Below the pieces are notes generated by a model that was not told the DNA's origin, searched no databases, and saw only the letters and a program-made list of their open reading frames with translations. A stretch of 61,907 nucleotides of DNA, counting the filler. It is 4 parts of 4 records of this genome, joined end to end, with 100 filler letters (N's around TTAATTAATTAA, not from the genome) between each part and the next. Parts side by side here need not be neighbours in the genome. Positions count along the whole stretch, not along the records: positions 1 to 17,011 come from DRR723986_30388; 3 more parts are not named here. The stretch is one strand, 5' to 3'. Every line of letters begins with the position of its first letter. The first letter of the stretch is position 1. The position numbers were made by a program, and so were the translations under genes. Below are positions 1 through 9,300 of this stretch, in pieces.

Positions 1-479
1 CCATTTTCCAGACTCCAGTATTCCGGAATATTGTAATCTATAGGAGCATTGACGGAAACAGGCCATAGGAAACTGGCGCTTTTCATTCCAGCTTCTCTAA
101 CTGCGTGCCAAAGGGTGGGAACCTGAATCAGTTCTGTTTCCCAATACCACTTGCCTGTTTGTCCTTCAGGTTCAAACGGAGCATTATAATAAATACCATG
201 CTTGGCAGGAGGAAAACCTGTGATGACTGTGGTATGGGAGGGATAGGTCACCGATGGAAATACACCAGTCACACCTAGTGATCTTGCTCCTTCCTTAGCC
301 ATAGTTTGAAGGTTTGGAGCTGGCCATTTTTCTTCAAGGTAGAAGTTTGGCCGGAATCCGTCTATGGAAATAAGAATTACATGCTCCGATGGTTTTGCTT
401 GAGCTGTTGCTAGGGAAACGCTTGTTAAAAAAGCGAGGACGAAAAAGAGGAATGATTTCCTAATAAAATATGATTGCAT
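1..479 (-). CDS. Alkaline phosphatase superfamily nucleotide pyrophosphatase/phosphodiesterase (runs off the window edge)
   Basis: Not in ORF track; manual translation from ATG at 479: MQSYFIRK...HVILISIDGFRP...FPSVTYPSHTTVITG...HGI, the type I phosphodiesterase motifs, with a signal peptide. Confidence 0.9.
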   Translation of the reverse strand, partial: MQSYFIRKSFLFFVLAFLTSVSLATAQAKPSEHVILISIDGFRPNFYLEEKWPAPNLQTMAKEGARSLGVTGVFPSVTYPSHTTVITGFPPAKHGIYYNAPFEPEGQTGKWYWETELIQVPTLWHAVREAGMKSASFLWPVSVNAPIDYNIPEYWSLEN

Positions 480-497
480 AATTGTATTTAAGAATTG

Positions 498-532
498 AAA
501 AAGCCCACTGCTCTATTGTGAGGCAGTGGACT
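498..532 (-). terminator. Intrinsic terminator-like hairpin between the TBDT and phosphodiesterase genes
   Basis: Minus strand AGTCCACTGC-loop-GCAGTGGGCT followed by TTTT. Confidence 0.6.
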
Positions 533-543
533 AATTGGTGGTT

Positions 544-3500
544 TTAGAAAAAGATTCTTCCTGAGATTTGTAATTGATAAGGTGTGCCTCCCGGAGTAGT
601 AACACCTACATTAGAGTTAACTTGGTATTCATAGGCCTTTTTCTCCGGATCAAAATTCCTGATGGTCAATAAGTTTTGATTACCCAGTGTTTTCGAAGTT
701 CCCCATTCTTTGTTAAGCAGGTTCGCTACGTTGAAGATGTCCAGTCCAAGTTCAAAACCTGATTTCTTAGCTGCAGTAAAGAATATTTTCTTGGTAGCAC
801 GTAGATCCCAGTTTCCAAAGTATCCATTTATCCCACCGTTTCTAACTGCTACATTTCCAAGACTTTCCCGGATATAATCCTTAGCAAGGTTGTCAGGGTT
901 TTGCAGTACATTATTCATAGCTTCCGCCATTGTCTCCGAGATCCCTGGGGTAGAGGGATCAAATACAAAAGCAAGGTCATTGGAGTTGACAAAGTCACCA
1001 TTTACGTTTCCGTTCACCCGTAGTGAATAGCGTGTTCCACCAATTCCTGAATATCGAACGCCCACTGTAAATCCTTTGAAAGTAGGAAGGGTGCCATATA
1101 CCACCACCTTGCTTCTGTATTGTCCGTTGGAGTAGTTCATCATGGATAAATCTCTAGGATCATCCACAACCATCTGGCTTAAGGTTGCACTGTTGGCCAC
1201 ATTGCCATTGTAGGAGGTATTATCCTTACTGTCATTCCAGGTATAACTGGCAGTAATCTGCCCATCCTTGAAATAGCGGTAAGTTCCATCGATTACCATG
1301 GTATAGGTATTGTTTTTCCCCTCGCTGTTCAATTCCAGCACTCGACCTATTTGATCTGTTTTTCTGCCTTTGGTCCAGTCCGCATTTCCATTGGAAGTAC
1401 TGATAGATTCTGCCGGAACATATACACCTCGATTATCCTCTTCAGAAAGTCTGAAATAAGGCTGATCTACCATATTTCTGTCCACATACATGTAATTGTT
1501 TCTCGCGATGGAGGCTATAAAGTTCACTCCCAATCTCAATCGGTTATTGAAAACCCTATTGTACATCACATTGCCCTTATACACAGTAGGTACTTTCAGA
1601 TCCTCACTGTTCATATTGATGGTGGTCACAGGGGTGATGCCTGGCTGATTCAATAAGTCAACACCAGGTGCAGTGCTCGGATCATTTCTGTATGATTCAA
1701 AATTCGGAGTTGGCACATTCTCTCCTGTGATATCCACAGCAAAAATCTTTGTTCCGTCAAACTGTAGGTTGTTGACATCTGAGTAGTTATTCAGCGCCGA
1801 ACCGAAAATACCGCCTCCAATTCTTAGGATATCCTGTTGCTTCTCGTTGATGTCCCAGGTAAACTGGAATCTTGGCTGGATCTGAAAACCACCTGTTTTC
1901 ACATCGGTTCTCGATCCCAATTCATCAAAGACAGTCTGGTTAAACGTTGGGCTATTTTTATAGGTAGTATAGTCTCCACGAAGACCGAGGATCAGGTTCA
2001 TTCCTCTTCCAAGATCAGTATCAGCCTGTGCATAAATCCCGCCTCCAAAAATACTTTGCTTTACTGTAGGATCTTCTGTTGCTACTTCTCTTGCATAACG
2101 GTATGGTTTTAAGTCATCGAAATTATCAAGTCCGGTGAAATAGAACCTCCCATTAAATTCACTCGTTGCAAGTGAAGTGAGGTCATTTAAGAGCAAGTCC
2201 ATTCCAAAGGTGTAATTGGTTTTTCCCTTGTTATAGTAGAGGTTGTTCACAAATTGATAAACATTTGACTCAAATCGCTCAGGGAGATAACGCTGACCAC
2301 CTAGCTGAATCGTCGTATTCACATCACTTCCATCCACTACAGATTCTACCCGCTGTACGATTGCTCTTGGGATATTTGAACTTGGCAATTGGGCATTAGG
2401 TCTGCCATCATCAAGCGTATATAAGTACTGAAGTTTTAATTCATTCGTGAGATTATTGTTAATTTCTGTCCGTAGAGAGGCCATCAAACTATTAGCTGTG
2501 GAAAGGTGATCTCCGTAAACTTCATATAAATTGATCGCACTGTTATCAGACACCCCTTGACTGTTTAAGTCACGCGAGAAGTTATTTCTGATGGTTAATA
2601 AATTGGATTTATTGATCTGATAGTCAATCCTTGCAAAAGCAGTGTGGGAATATCTTTTTTTACTGAAACTCCCTGTCTGTGGAGAGTCCGCAAGGCCATA
2701 TTTGTCCCTTCCTATCTGTAGGTATCTATCCAGAGATTCCTGGGATAGGTTATATCTGTTCTCGTCCTCAGGAGTTCTGATGTCAGCGATGTAAAGAGGT
2801 CTAGCATCCCGCTGCCCATCATAGGCAATAAAATAATGTAGTTTGTCTTTGATGATGGCTCCGCCTAGCGTCAAACCATATTGTTGGATGGAGAATTCAT
2901 CTTCTCTTTTATTTCCTCTGGTGTCGTATTTACTGGCCAGCCAATCTGCACGGTTGAATAAAAACGCTGATCCATGAAGCTCATTTGTTCCTGTTTTGGT
3001 CACAGCACTTATTATCCCGCCACCGCTTCTTCCATTGGTTACATCATAGTCGTTGGTCACTACTTCAAACTCCCGGATTGCTTCCATAGAGATGGAGAAT
3101 GGACCTCTGTTGGTTGATCCACTTGATAATGGACTTTTGTTGGTCATTCCATCAATGGTGTAATTGGTAGAGGAGTATAATTGGCCAAGCAAATTGCTGC
3201 CGTTGGAAACAGGGGATAAGTCTACCAAGGAATTGAAATTTCTTCCGTTTACAGGTAAGGTGGACATATCTCTGGCGGTCACTGCAGTGGAACTTCCAAA
3301 TCTGTCAATGCTATTGCTCAATGAGTTGGCAGTTACGCTTACTTCGCTTAGGTTTTGGGTTGATTCACTTAAGGAAATATCCAACTTGATACGTTCTCCT
3401 TGATTGAAAGAATAGCCGGTAAAAACCTTTGTGCCATAACCTAGGTAGGTGCAGGTAACAGAATAATCGGTTCCAAGTGGAAGTTGATTCACCGTGTAAG

Positions 3501-3714
3501 ATCCTGTGAGATTGGTGATCGCCGATGCGGTAAATCCGGTCATCTCATTTTTGATCAACAGGGCAGCTCCAATCATAGGTTCGCCCTCTGCATCTGTAAC
3601 TATACCAGAAATCGAGGCATTGGTAGCTTGGGAATAAGTCTGAATCCTTATTCCAAGGAATAGGAATAGCAATAGTATTCCTGTAAATAAGTGGGTAGAA
3701 TTTTTTGAACTCAT
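544..3714 (-). CDS. TonB-dependent outer-membrane receptor (Oar-like, N-terminal carboxypeptidase-regulatory-like domain)
   Basis: 1056 aa, signal peptide, ISGIVTD...GA N-domain, plug motif GRSGGGIISAVTKTGTN, C-terminal Phe. Confidence 0.9.
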   Translation of the reverse strand: MSSKNSTHLFTGILLLFLFLGIRIQTYSQATNASISGIVTDAEGEPMIGAALLIKNEMTGFTASAITNLTGSYTVNQLPLGTDYSVTCTYLGYGTKVFTGYSFNQGERIKLDISLSESTQNLSEVSVTANSLSNSIDRFGSSTAVTARDMSTLPVNGRNFNSLVDLSPVSNGSNLLGQLYSSTNYTIDGMTNKSPLSSGSTNRGPFSISMEAIREFEVVTNDYDVTNGRSGGGIISAVTKTGTNELHGSAFLFNRADWLASKYDTRGNKREDEFSIQQYGLTLGGAIIKDKLHYFIAYDGQRDARPLYIADIRTPEDENRYNLSQESLDRYLQIGRDKYGLADSPQTGSFSKKRYSHTAFARIDYQINKSNLLTIRNNFSRDLNSQGVSDNSAINLYEVYGDHLSTANSLMASLRTEINNNLTNELKLQYLYTLDDGRPNAQLPSSNIPRAIVQRVESVVDGSDVNTTIQLGGQRYLPERFESNVYQFVNNLYYNKGKTNYTFGMDLLLNDLTSLATSEFNGRFYFTGLDNFDDLKPYRYAREVATEDPTVKQSIFGGGIYAQADTDLGRGMNLILGLRGDYTTYKNSPTFNQTVFDELGSRTDVKTGGFQIQPRFQFTWDINEKQQDILRIGGGIFGSALNNYSDVNNLQFDGTKIFAVDITGENVPTPNFESYRNDPSTAPGVDLLNQPGITPVTTINMNSEDLKVPTVYKGNVMYNRVFNNRLRLGVNFIASIARNNYMYVDRNMVDQPYFRLSEEDNRGVYVPAESISTSNGNADWTKGRKTDQIGRVLELNSEGKNNTYTMVIDGTYRYFKDGQITASYTWNDSKDNTSYNGNVANSATLSQMVVDDPRDLSMMNYSNGQYRSKVVVYGTLPTFKGFTVGVRYSGIGGTRYSLRVNGNVNGDFVNSNDLAFVFDPSTPGISETMAEAMNNVLQNPDNLAKDYIRESLGNVAVRNGGINGYFGNWDLRATKKIFFTAAKKSGFELGLDIFNVANLLNKEWGTSKTLGNQNLLTIRNFDPEKKAYEYQVNSNVGVTTPGGTPYQLQISGRIFF

Positions 3715-3742
3715 AGTCGTTGGATAATGGTTTAATTTTATC

Positions 3743-3788
3743 CAAAACTAGATTTCAGCAGTAGCTTGAAATGTTAAAAATTAACATT
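3743..3788 (-). promoter_or_regulatory. Bacteroidota -7 box plus 8-3-8 palindrome upstream of the TBDT gene
   Basis: Minus-strand TAGTTTTG (TAnnTTTG) at 3743-3750; perfect AATGTTAA-AAA-TTAACATT at 3770-3788. Confidence 0.55.
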
Positions 3789-3898
3789 GGAAATAGAGGT
3801 AACAGAATGATAATAGCGCAGATAAAAATCTAACAATAAGTTCATTTGCTTTCTAAAATTAGGGCCTTAGGATCCTGATTATATGAAAGCTTTTTCAG

Positions 3899-4534
3899 CT
3901 ATCTCCTTGCGGGTTCACGTAATTTTACCTTGGAAGAATTTGCCACAGTTTGTCTAGTCACTCCGATTAAATCTCCCAAATCTTTTTGTGTTAACAATAC
4001 ATTTAGATTAAAAGACTTCCCATTGGCATCCTGAACTGTCAAATCAAAATATGTACTTAAAAACATGAGTTTTTCCTGGGCTTTTTTCTCATGAAGTTTC
4101 TTAAGCTTTTTCTCAGTACTGCACCAGCGTTTGACTAAATAGGAAATAAACCATTCGGAAACTTCAGGCGATTGAACCACCATTTTTTTGAAAAAATCCC
4201 GGTTATAGATTCGGATTCGTGTATCTACTAATGCCTTGGAGAATTCGAAAAATTGGTTGTTTAGGTATTTTAAATCCCCAAAAAAATCAGTTGAAAGTAA
4301 AACATCAAAGGTGAATTCTTCGCCGTCATCCGTATAGCTTCCGAGCTTTACTGCTCCATCCAGGATTTCAAAAATAAAGAGATGCTCGGAGGAAGGGTCA
4401 TAGAGATATTCATTCTTTTTGACAGTGATCTCTTTTATTTTGCCAAAGGACTCAGAGCTGTGGTTATTGGAGATAAAGTTGAAGAAATCAAAGCCTAAGT
4501 GAGTTTCATTAAGAGGGCGTACGGGAATTGACAT
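3899..4534 (-). CDS. Crp/Fnr family transcriptional regulator
   Basis: cNMP-binding-like N-domain (ILDGAVKL, FFGD) and C-terminal HTH LTQKDLGDLIGVTRQTV. Confidence 0.9.
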   Translation of the reverse strand: MSIPVRPLNETHLGFDFFNFISNNHSSESFGKIKEITVKKNEYLYDPSSEHLFIFEILDGAVKLGSYTDDGEEFTFDVLLSTDFFGDLKYLNNQFFEFSKALVDTRIRIYNRDFFKKMVVQSPEVSEWFISYLVKRWCSTEKKLKKLHEKKAQEKLMFLSTYFDLTVQDANGKSFNLNVLLTQKDLGDLIGVTRQTVANSSKVKLREPARR

Positions 4535-4809
4535 TTTTTATAGAATTGCTTCATTGAAATTACTGGTTTGAAAAGTGTTGGAGGTTAATTTTCAATGAAG
4601 GAATTCTTATGTTTTTAGCACTTACGGTCTGCTCAGGACATAGCCACATACCTATTCCATTGGATTCAATTTAGGGAGAGGTTAAAGCCCACGCTAATTC
4701 AGGTATGGGATTTCTTTTAGGAATGAGCTAAAGACGCATTTTTAATCATTTGCAAAAAATTTAGATCTCAATTGTATTTACTCCTGATTTAGCTGGAGGT
4801 TGTTAATTT

Positions 4810-7800
4810 CTAAGCCAACTCCCTTAAATCCACCGGAACAACCCTAGAAACGCCCGCTTCGATCATGGTAATACCGTAAATAATATCCGTGCTAGCCATG
4901 GTGCGTTTGTTATGTGTCACGATGATAAACTGGGACTCGGCGCTGAACTTCTGAATGATCTGATTGAATTTATCAATATTGGCGTCATCAAGCGGGGCAT
5001 CTACTTCATCAAAAATACAGAAAGGCGCTGGCTTCAGCAGATAAATAGAAAAGAGTAGGGAAGTGGCAGTTAGGGTCTTTTCCCCTCCGGATAGCTGATT
5101 GATACTTAATGGACGCTTGCCCTTTGGCTTGGCCAAAATCTCAATCGCAGATTCCAGGGGATTACTAGGATCTACCAAAGTCAGATCACAATCATCTTGC
5201 TCGGTGAACAGCGAGCGGAATACCTTCACGAAGTTCTCCTTGATCTTGGCAAAGGCATCCAAAAATGTATCCTTGGCCACCTGATCGATTTCTTGAATCG
5301 TAGTCAAGAGGGATTGCTTGGCTTTGATCAGATCTTCTTTCTGTGTGATAATAAAATCATAACGAACCTTGATTTCATCGTAGGCTTCCATGGCCATGGG
5401 ATTGATAGGTCCGATTTTCTCCAGTTTCTCTTTTTGCTTGCTAACTAACTCGCGTAATTTATCCTCTGCAAACTCCCTGAATTCTTCGTCTATTTCTGGA
5501 TTTTCCTCCATTAACTCGTCCAGATCCAACTCAAATTCCACGCTGAGCCTTTCCTTCATGCCAGCCATTTTAAGTTTGATTTCATTCACTGCATTTTCCA
5601 GTTCGTGAATCAGCTGATCGTAGCTTTCCTTGGATTTTTGTATGCTTCGGATCTTTTGGTCAGTCTCATCGATCTGCCCTCGGGAAGCATAATAGTCCTT
5701 CTCTGCTTCCTGAACGCCTTTTTCTATGCCTTCTTTTTCTGAATACAATTCTATTAGTTCGTCATCCTTTATCTCGTTATTGTCCAACAGGGATTTCACT
5801 TCCGTGTCCAGCGTGGAAAGTTCAGACTGGGATTTCCCAATTCTCTCCTTGGAGCCCTCGTAGGCAGACTGCTTGAACTCTATTTCCTGATCCAAACTAG
5901 TGACCCGGTTGAGATGCTGGTGATAAAGGATATTTTCAGCATTGAATGCCTGGGATTTTTCAGATAGCAAAGTAGATTCCTTTTCGTAGCTATCATTCAG
6001 TTCTTCGAGCTCATCATGCATGGCCTCAAACTCCGCTCGCTCATCAAAAAGCTGTGGCTGAATCTCAGTCAAGCTTTCTTCTATAGAGGCTATTCTATCC
6101 AGAATATCTTCCCGCTTATTGGCATTAGAACTAAGCAGCTCAGCTAGTTGCTCCTTTTTAGTGCGCACAGACACGAAGTCTTGGTTGATGGCATTGATTT
6201 TATTCTGCCATTCTTCCAACGTCTTTTTATAACTGATTTCCTTTAGCTTCATCAGTTCAGACAGCTTATTATCAAGGTTGTTTCTAGTGCTGCTGACCTT
6301 CTTGTTAAGCTCTTTGATTTCCTTGTCCAGTTTCTCCAGGTTCTTGGCTCTACCTATTCTTTTTCCTTCGAAAAGCCCCACAGAACCACCTGATATACTG
6401 AATTTTCGTTTGGTGTACTTACCGTTTTCTGAAATAAATACAGCTTCTGTATCCTGAGGAAAATCCCTATGTTCGCCTTGTACTATATAGACATTGTCCA
6501 GAATGAAGTTGATCAAACGGGAATACTTGACATCAAATTCTATTATTTCGGTAGCCGCTGTAGCATTTGCGAAAAGTTTGTTTTGGCTTGGCTTAAAACG
6601 CTCAAAATGCTCCAAAACAAAGAAATTGGCTTTGCCTCGAGCGGAATCTGACAGAAGCTGTATTGCAGCAATCGCCTGAGCTTCGGTATCAACCACATAA
6701 TAATTCATGTAGCTGTCCAGGTAATTCTCAATCGTTACCCTATACTTTTCCGAGGTGGTCAGTAGATCGGAGAGGAGCGGTACATCCTTGCCCCAACTTG
6801 GGTTTTTCTTCAGGAACTTGATTGCTTCCGGGAAACCTTCCAAGTTCTCCACCAAAGACTTGGTGAGGTTGAATTCGTTAGTTTTAGAGTCAAGCTTTCT
6901 GGAGGATTGGGTGAGTTCCTCACGGATCATTTCGATCACCCGATTCGTTTCCTCAATCTTTTGGTCCAAATCTTCCTGCTTAGCTTTTAGCTCCCCATAG
7001 CCGTTAGTGGACTCATCGAGCTCGGCCTTCAGGGTGATCAGTTTCTCTTCAAAATCTACTAGATTGGCTTCCTGGGAGGAATCATCTGATGAAGTCCGCT
7101 CCAGTTCTTGCTTTAGAGTAGAAAGCTGAATCTGCTTAATCTCTATGTCCTTACTAAGCTGATAGACCTTCTCCTTGAGTGTTTCAAAGTTCTGATTGAT
7201 TGTCTTCTGAGCTTGCTGCTTTTCAGCTTGAATGAGTTTCTGACTTTCATATGCTTCACGGAGTTCGGACACAATCATTTCCTTCTCTGCCAACATCTTC
7301 TCTGCAGATTCCTTTTCCTGCTGCAGGGAGCGAATACTGAAGCCAGCGCGATCGTTTGACTTCCGGTCAGTGTCTATTTGCTCACGTAATTTCTGAGATC
7401 TATCTTCTAAAAAGCGAAGACGTTCATTCTTTATTTTTTTCTCCGATTCAAATGTTCTAATCTTATTTACATGCTCATTAAGTGCCTTTTGACGGCTAGC
7501 AAGCAGTTTTTCCTTAAGGATTAATTCAGACTTCAACTGACTGAGAAGGGCTTCCTGATCAGCTACCTGAGTTTGAAGTTGGAGTTTTTTGTCTCCTTCT
7601 TCCTGAATTTTCTGGCTGGCTTCGATCAGGGATTTACTTTGTTTCTCTATGCTTTTTTTTGCCAGATTGATACTTGCTAGCCGATAATCCTTCTTTATTT
7701 CGAAATACTTGCTAGCCTGCTTAGCCTGCTTTTCCAAGCTTTTCAGGTTCTTCTCTATTTCAAAAATCACATCTTCTACACGGTCTAAATCATCATCTGT

Positions 7801-8349
7801 GTCCTGTAGCTTGCGCAAGGTTTCTTTCTTTCTGTTTTTGAATTTAGAGATACCGGCAGCCTCCTCAAACAAATCCCTACGTGAGTTATTCTTGTCATTT
7901 AGGAGTTCATCGATCATTTTCAGCTCGATGATGGCATAGGAATTCGAATTGATTCCTGTATCCATGAAGAGATTTGTGATGTCCTTCAGGCGGCATGTGA
8001 CCCCATTGATTTGGTATTCACTATCCCCGGATCTGTAGTAGCGACGGGTAATGGTGACATAGGTGTACTCGGTAGGCAGTAGGTTTTTGGTGTTTTCAAA
8101 AGTCAGGGAAACTTCTGCAAGGTTGGAAGCTTTGCGGTTTTTCGTCCCGTTGAAGATCACATTCTCCATCTTGTCGGATCGGAGCATACGGGTTTTTTGC
8201 TCGCCGAGCACCCAGCGGATTGCATCGACCACGTTGGATTTTCCGCAGCCATTTGGCCCTACTACACCGGTGATTCCCTTGTCGAAGTTAATCACCATTT
8301 TATCCCCAAAACTCTTAAACCCTTTGATCTCCAGCTTACTGAGCAGCAT
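4810..8349 (-). CDS. smc: Chromosome segregation protein SMC
   Basis: GFKSF, Walker A GPNGCGKSN, coiled coils and hinge, LSGGEK signature, DEVDAPLD. Confidence 0.98.
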   Translation of the reverse strand: MLLSKLEIKGFKSFGDKMVINFDKGITGVVGPNGCGKSNVVDAIRWVLGEQKTRMLRSDKMENVIFNGTKNRKASNLAEVSLTFENTKNLLPTEYTYVTITRRYYRSGDSEYQINGVTCRLKDITNLFMDTGINSNSYAIIELKMIDELLNDKNNSRRDLFEEAAGISKFKNRKKETLRKLQDTDDDLDRVEDVIFEIEKNLKSLEKQAKQASKYFEIKKDYRLASINLAKKSIEKQSKSLIEASQKIQEEGDKKLQLQTQVADQEALLSQLKSELILKEKLLASRQKALNEHVNKIRTFESEKKIKNERLRFLEDRSQKLREQIDTDRKSNDRAGFSIRSLQQEKESAEKMLAEKEMIVSELREAYESQKLIQAEKQQAQKTINQNFETLKEKVYQLSKDIEIKQIQLSTLKQELERTSSDDSSQEANLVDFEEKLITLKAELDESTNGYGELKAKQEDLDQKIEETNRVIEMIREELTQSSRKLDSKTNEFNLTKSLVENLEGFPEAIKFLKKNPSWGKDVPLLSDLLTTSEKYRVTIENYLDSYMNYYVVDTEAQAIAAIQLLSDSARGKANFFVLEHFERFKPSQNKLFANATAATEIIEFDVKYSRLINFILDNVYIVQGEHRDFPQDTEAVFISENGKYTKRKFSISGGSVGLFEGKRIGRAKNLEKLDKEIKELNKKVSSTRNNLDNKLSELMKLKEISYKKTLEEWQNKINAINQDFVSVRTKKEQLAELLSSNANKREDILDRIASIEESLTEIQPQLFDERAEFEAMHDELEELNDSYEKESTLLSEKSQAFNAENILYHQHLNRVTSLDQEIEFKQSAYEGSKERIGKSQSELSTLDTEVKSLLDNNEIKDDELIELYSEKEGIEKGVQEAEKDYYASRGQIDETDQKIRSIQKSKESYDQLIHELENAVNEIKLKMAGMKERLSVEFELDLDELMEENPEIDEEFREFAEDKLRELVSKQKEKLEKIGPINPMAMEAYDEIKVRYDFIITQKEDLIKAKQSLLTTIQEIDQVAKDTFLDAFAKIKENFVKVFRSLFTEQDDCDLTLVDPSNPLESAIEILAKPKGKRPLSINQLSGGEKTLTATSLLFSIYLLKPAPFCIFDEVDAPLDDANIDKFNQIIQKFSAESQFIIVTHNKRTMASTDIIYGITMIEAGVSRVVPVDLRELA

Positions 8350-8610
8350 CCTTTTGAAATTGTCTTAAATAATCAAACAAAATAAGATCATTTGCGCCAT
8401 TGTCCAAGGATTTCAGTGTTCTGTTTTTTGTTGGTAGTGGTGAAGGAATTTAAAATTAGTGAATTGTAGATAGTTGTTTGTTAATAGACGCAGTGATCAG
8501 AGTACAGTCTCAGTGCTTGGAATCAAGTAGGCCTTTATGATCTATAAATAGAATTATTATACTTGAGATCGCCCGGAATGACATAATGCTATGATAAATG
8601 TTTATTCTTC

Positions 8611-8646
8611 AACCGCAGGGACGCTGAGTACGGAAAGGAGGGTCGC
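8611..8646 (+). repeat. Left arm of imperfect inverted repeat flanking the GxxExxY gene
   Basis: AACCGCAGGGACGCTGAGTACGGAAAGGAGGGTCGC matches the reverse complement of 9067-9102 at 27/36 positions, ungapped. Confidence 0.8.
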
Positions 8647-8667
8647 TAAGATTATTTTTTTAAGCAA

Positions 8668-9046
8668 ATGACTGAAAATGAGATGTCATCAATCATAATA
8701 GGAGCGGCAATAGATGTGCATAAGCATTTAGGCCCAGGGCTATTGGAAAGCAGTTATGAAAATTGTCTAGCATATGAACTTAAACAGCGAGGTTTAGAAG
8801 TTAGAACCCAAGTTGCTCTACCTGTTATTTACAAAGAAGTGAATTTTAGAAGCTGGTTAACGTATTGATTTACTTGTAGAAAACAAGGTGATTGTAGAGA
8901 TTAAAGTGGTTGAAGAATTTTCAGATATACATCTAGCCCAGATTCTAACTTACTTAAAGCTTTCTGACCGTAGACTTGGATTATTGTTGAATTTTAATGT
9001 ATTCAAAATGGTCGATGGCCTTAAACGAGTGGTCAATAATTTATAA
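8668..9046 (+). pseudogene. GxxExxY (PD-(D/E)xK-like) protein, disrupted
   Basis: GPGLLESSY motif; after a 1-nt shift in the T run near 8844-8847 it reads LEAG*RIDLLVENKVIVEIK...AQILTYLKLS...GLLLNFN...GLKRVVNNL*; one frameshift plus one in-frame TAA. Confidence 0.88.
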
Positions 9047-9060
9047 ATCAAATGGTTTTA

Positions 9061-9102
9061 GATTTTGCGACCCTACTTTGTGACCTTGGCGTCTCCGCGG
9101 TT
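9061..9102 (-). repeat. Right arm of inverted repeat flanking the GxxExxY gene
   Basis: Reverse complement reads AACCGCGGAGACGCCAAGGTCACAAAGTAGGGTCGCAAAATC. Confidence 0.8.
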
Positions 9103-9217
9103 AAAAAGAAATTTGAATATGCAACCGCCGCCATTGTTCATCTCACTAACCGAACCTCACCATTTGCAAATTTTCAATTCCCAAATTCAATAGGCAATTA
9201 TCAAGTTGTGAAGAATT

Positions 9218-9258
9218 GATTTGCGGTCTCTGTGTAGTCTTCCGTGAACTCCACGGTT
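9218..9258 (-). repeat. Third, more diverged copy of the same repeat
   Basis: Reverse complement AACCGTGGAGTTCACGGAAGACTACACAGAGACCGCAAATC shares AACCGYGGAG start and CGCAAA(A)TC end with the right arm; both run into AAAAA on +. Confidence 0.55.
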
Positions 9259-9300
9259 AAAAAACATGTATTACTTGCCGAAAACAATTAACTTACCCTC

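Noticed and set aside
4614-4732. SAM-II, TPP or c-di-AMP riboswitch upstream of crp
   Set aside because: Only short fragments (GCUAAAAA, CUGAG) match; core consensus elements are absent
8668-9046. Programmed frameshift or readthrough in the GxxExxY gene
   Set aside because: Needs both a shift and TAA readthrough within five codons, with no slippery heptamer; decay or sequencing error is simpler
8611-9258. CRISPR array or classical IS at the GxxExxY locus
   Set aside because: Arms are inverted and degenerate without regular spacers; no cas gene, DDE transposase or clear target duplication. No CRISPR array was seen anywhere in the window
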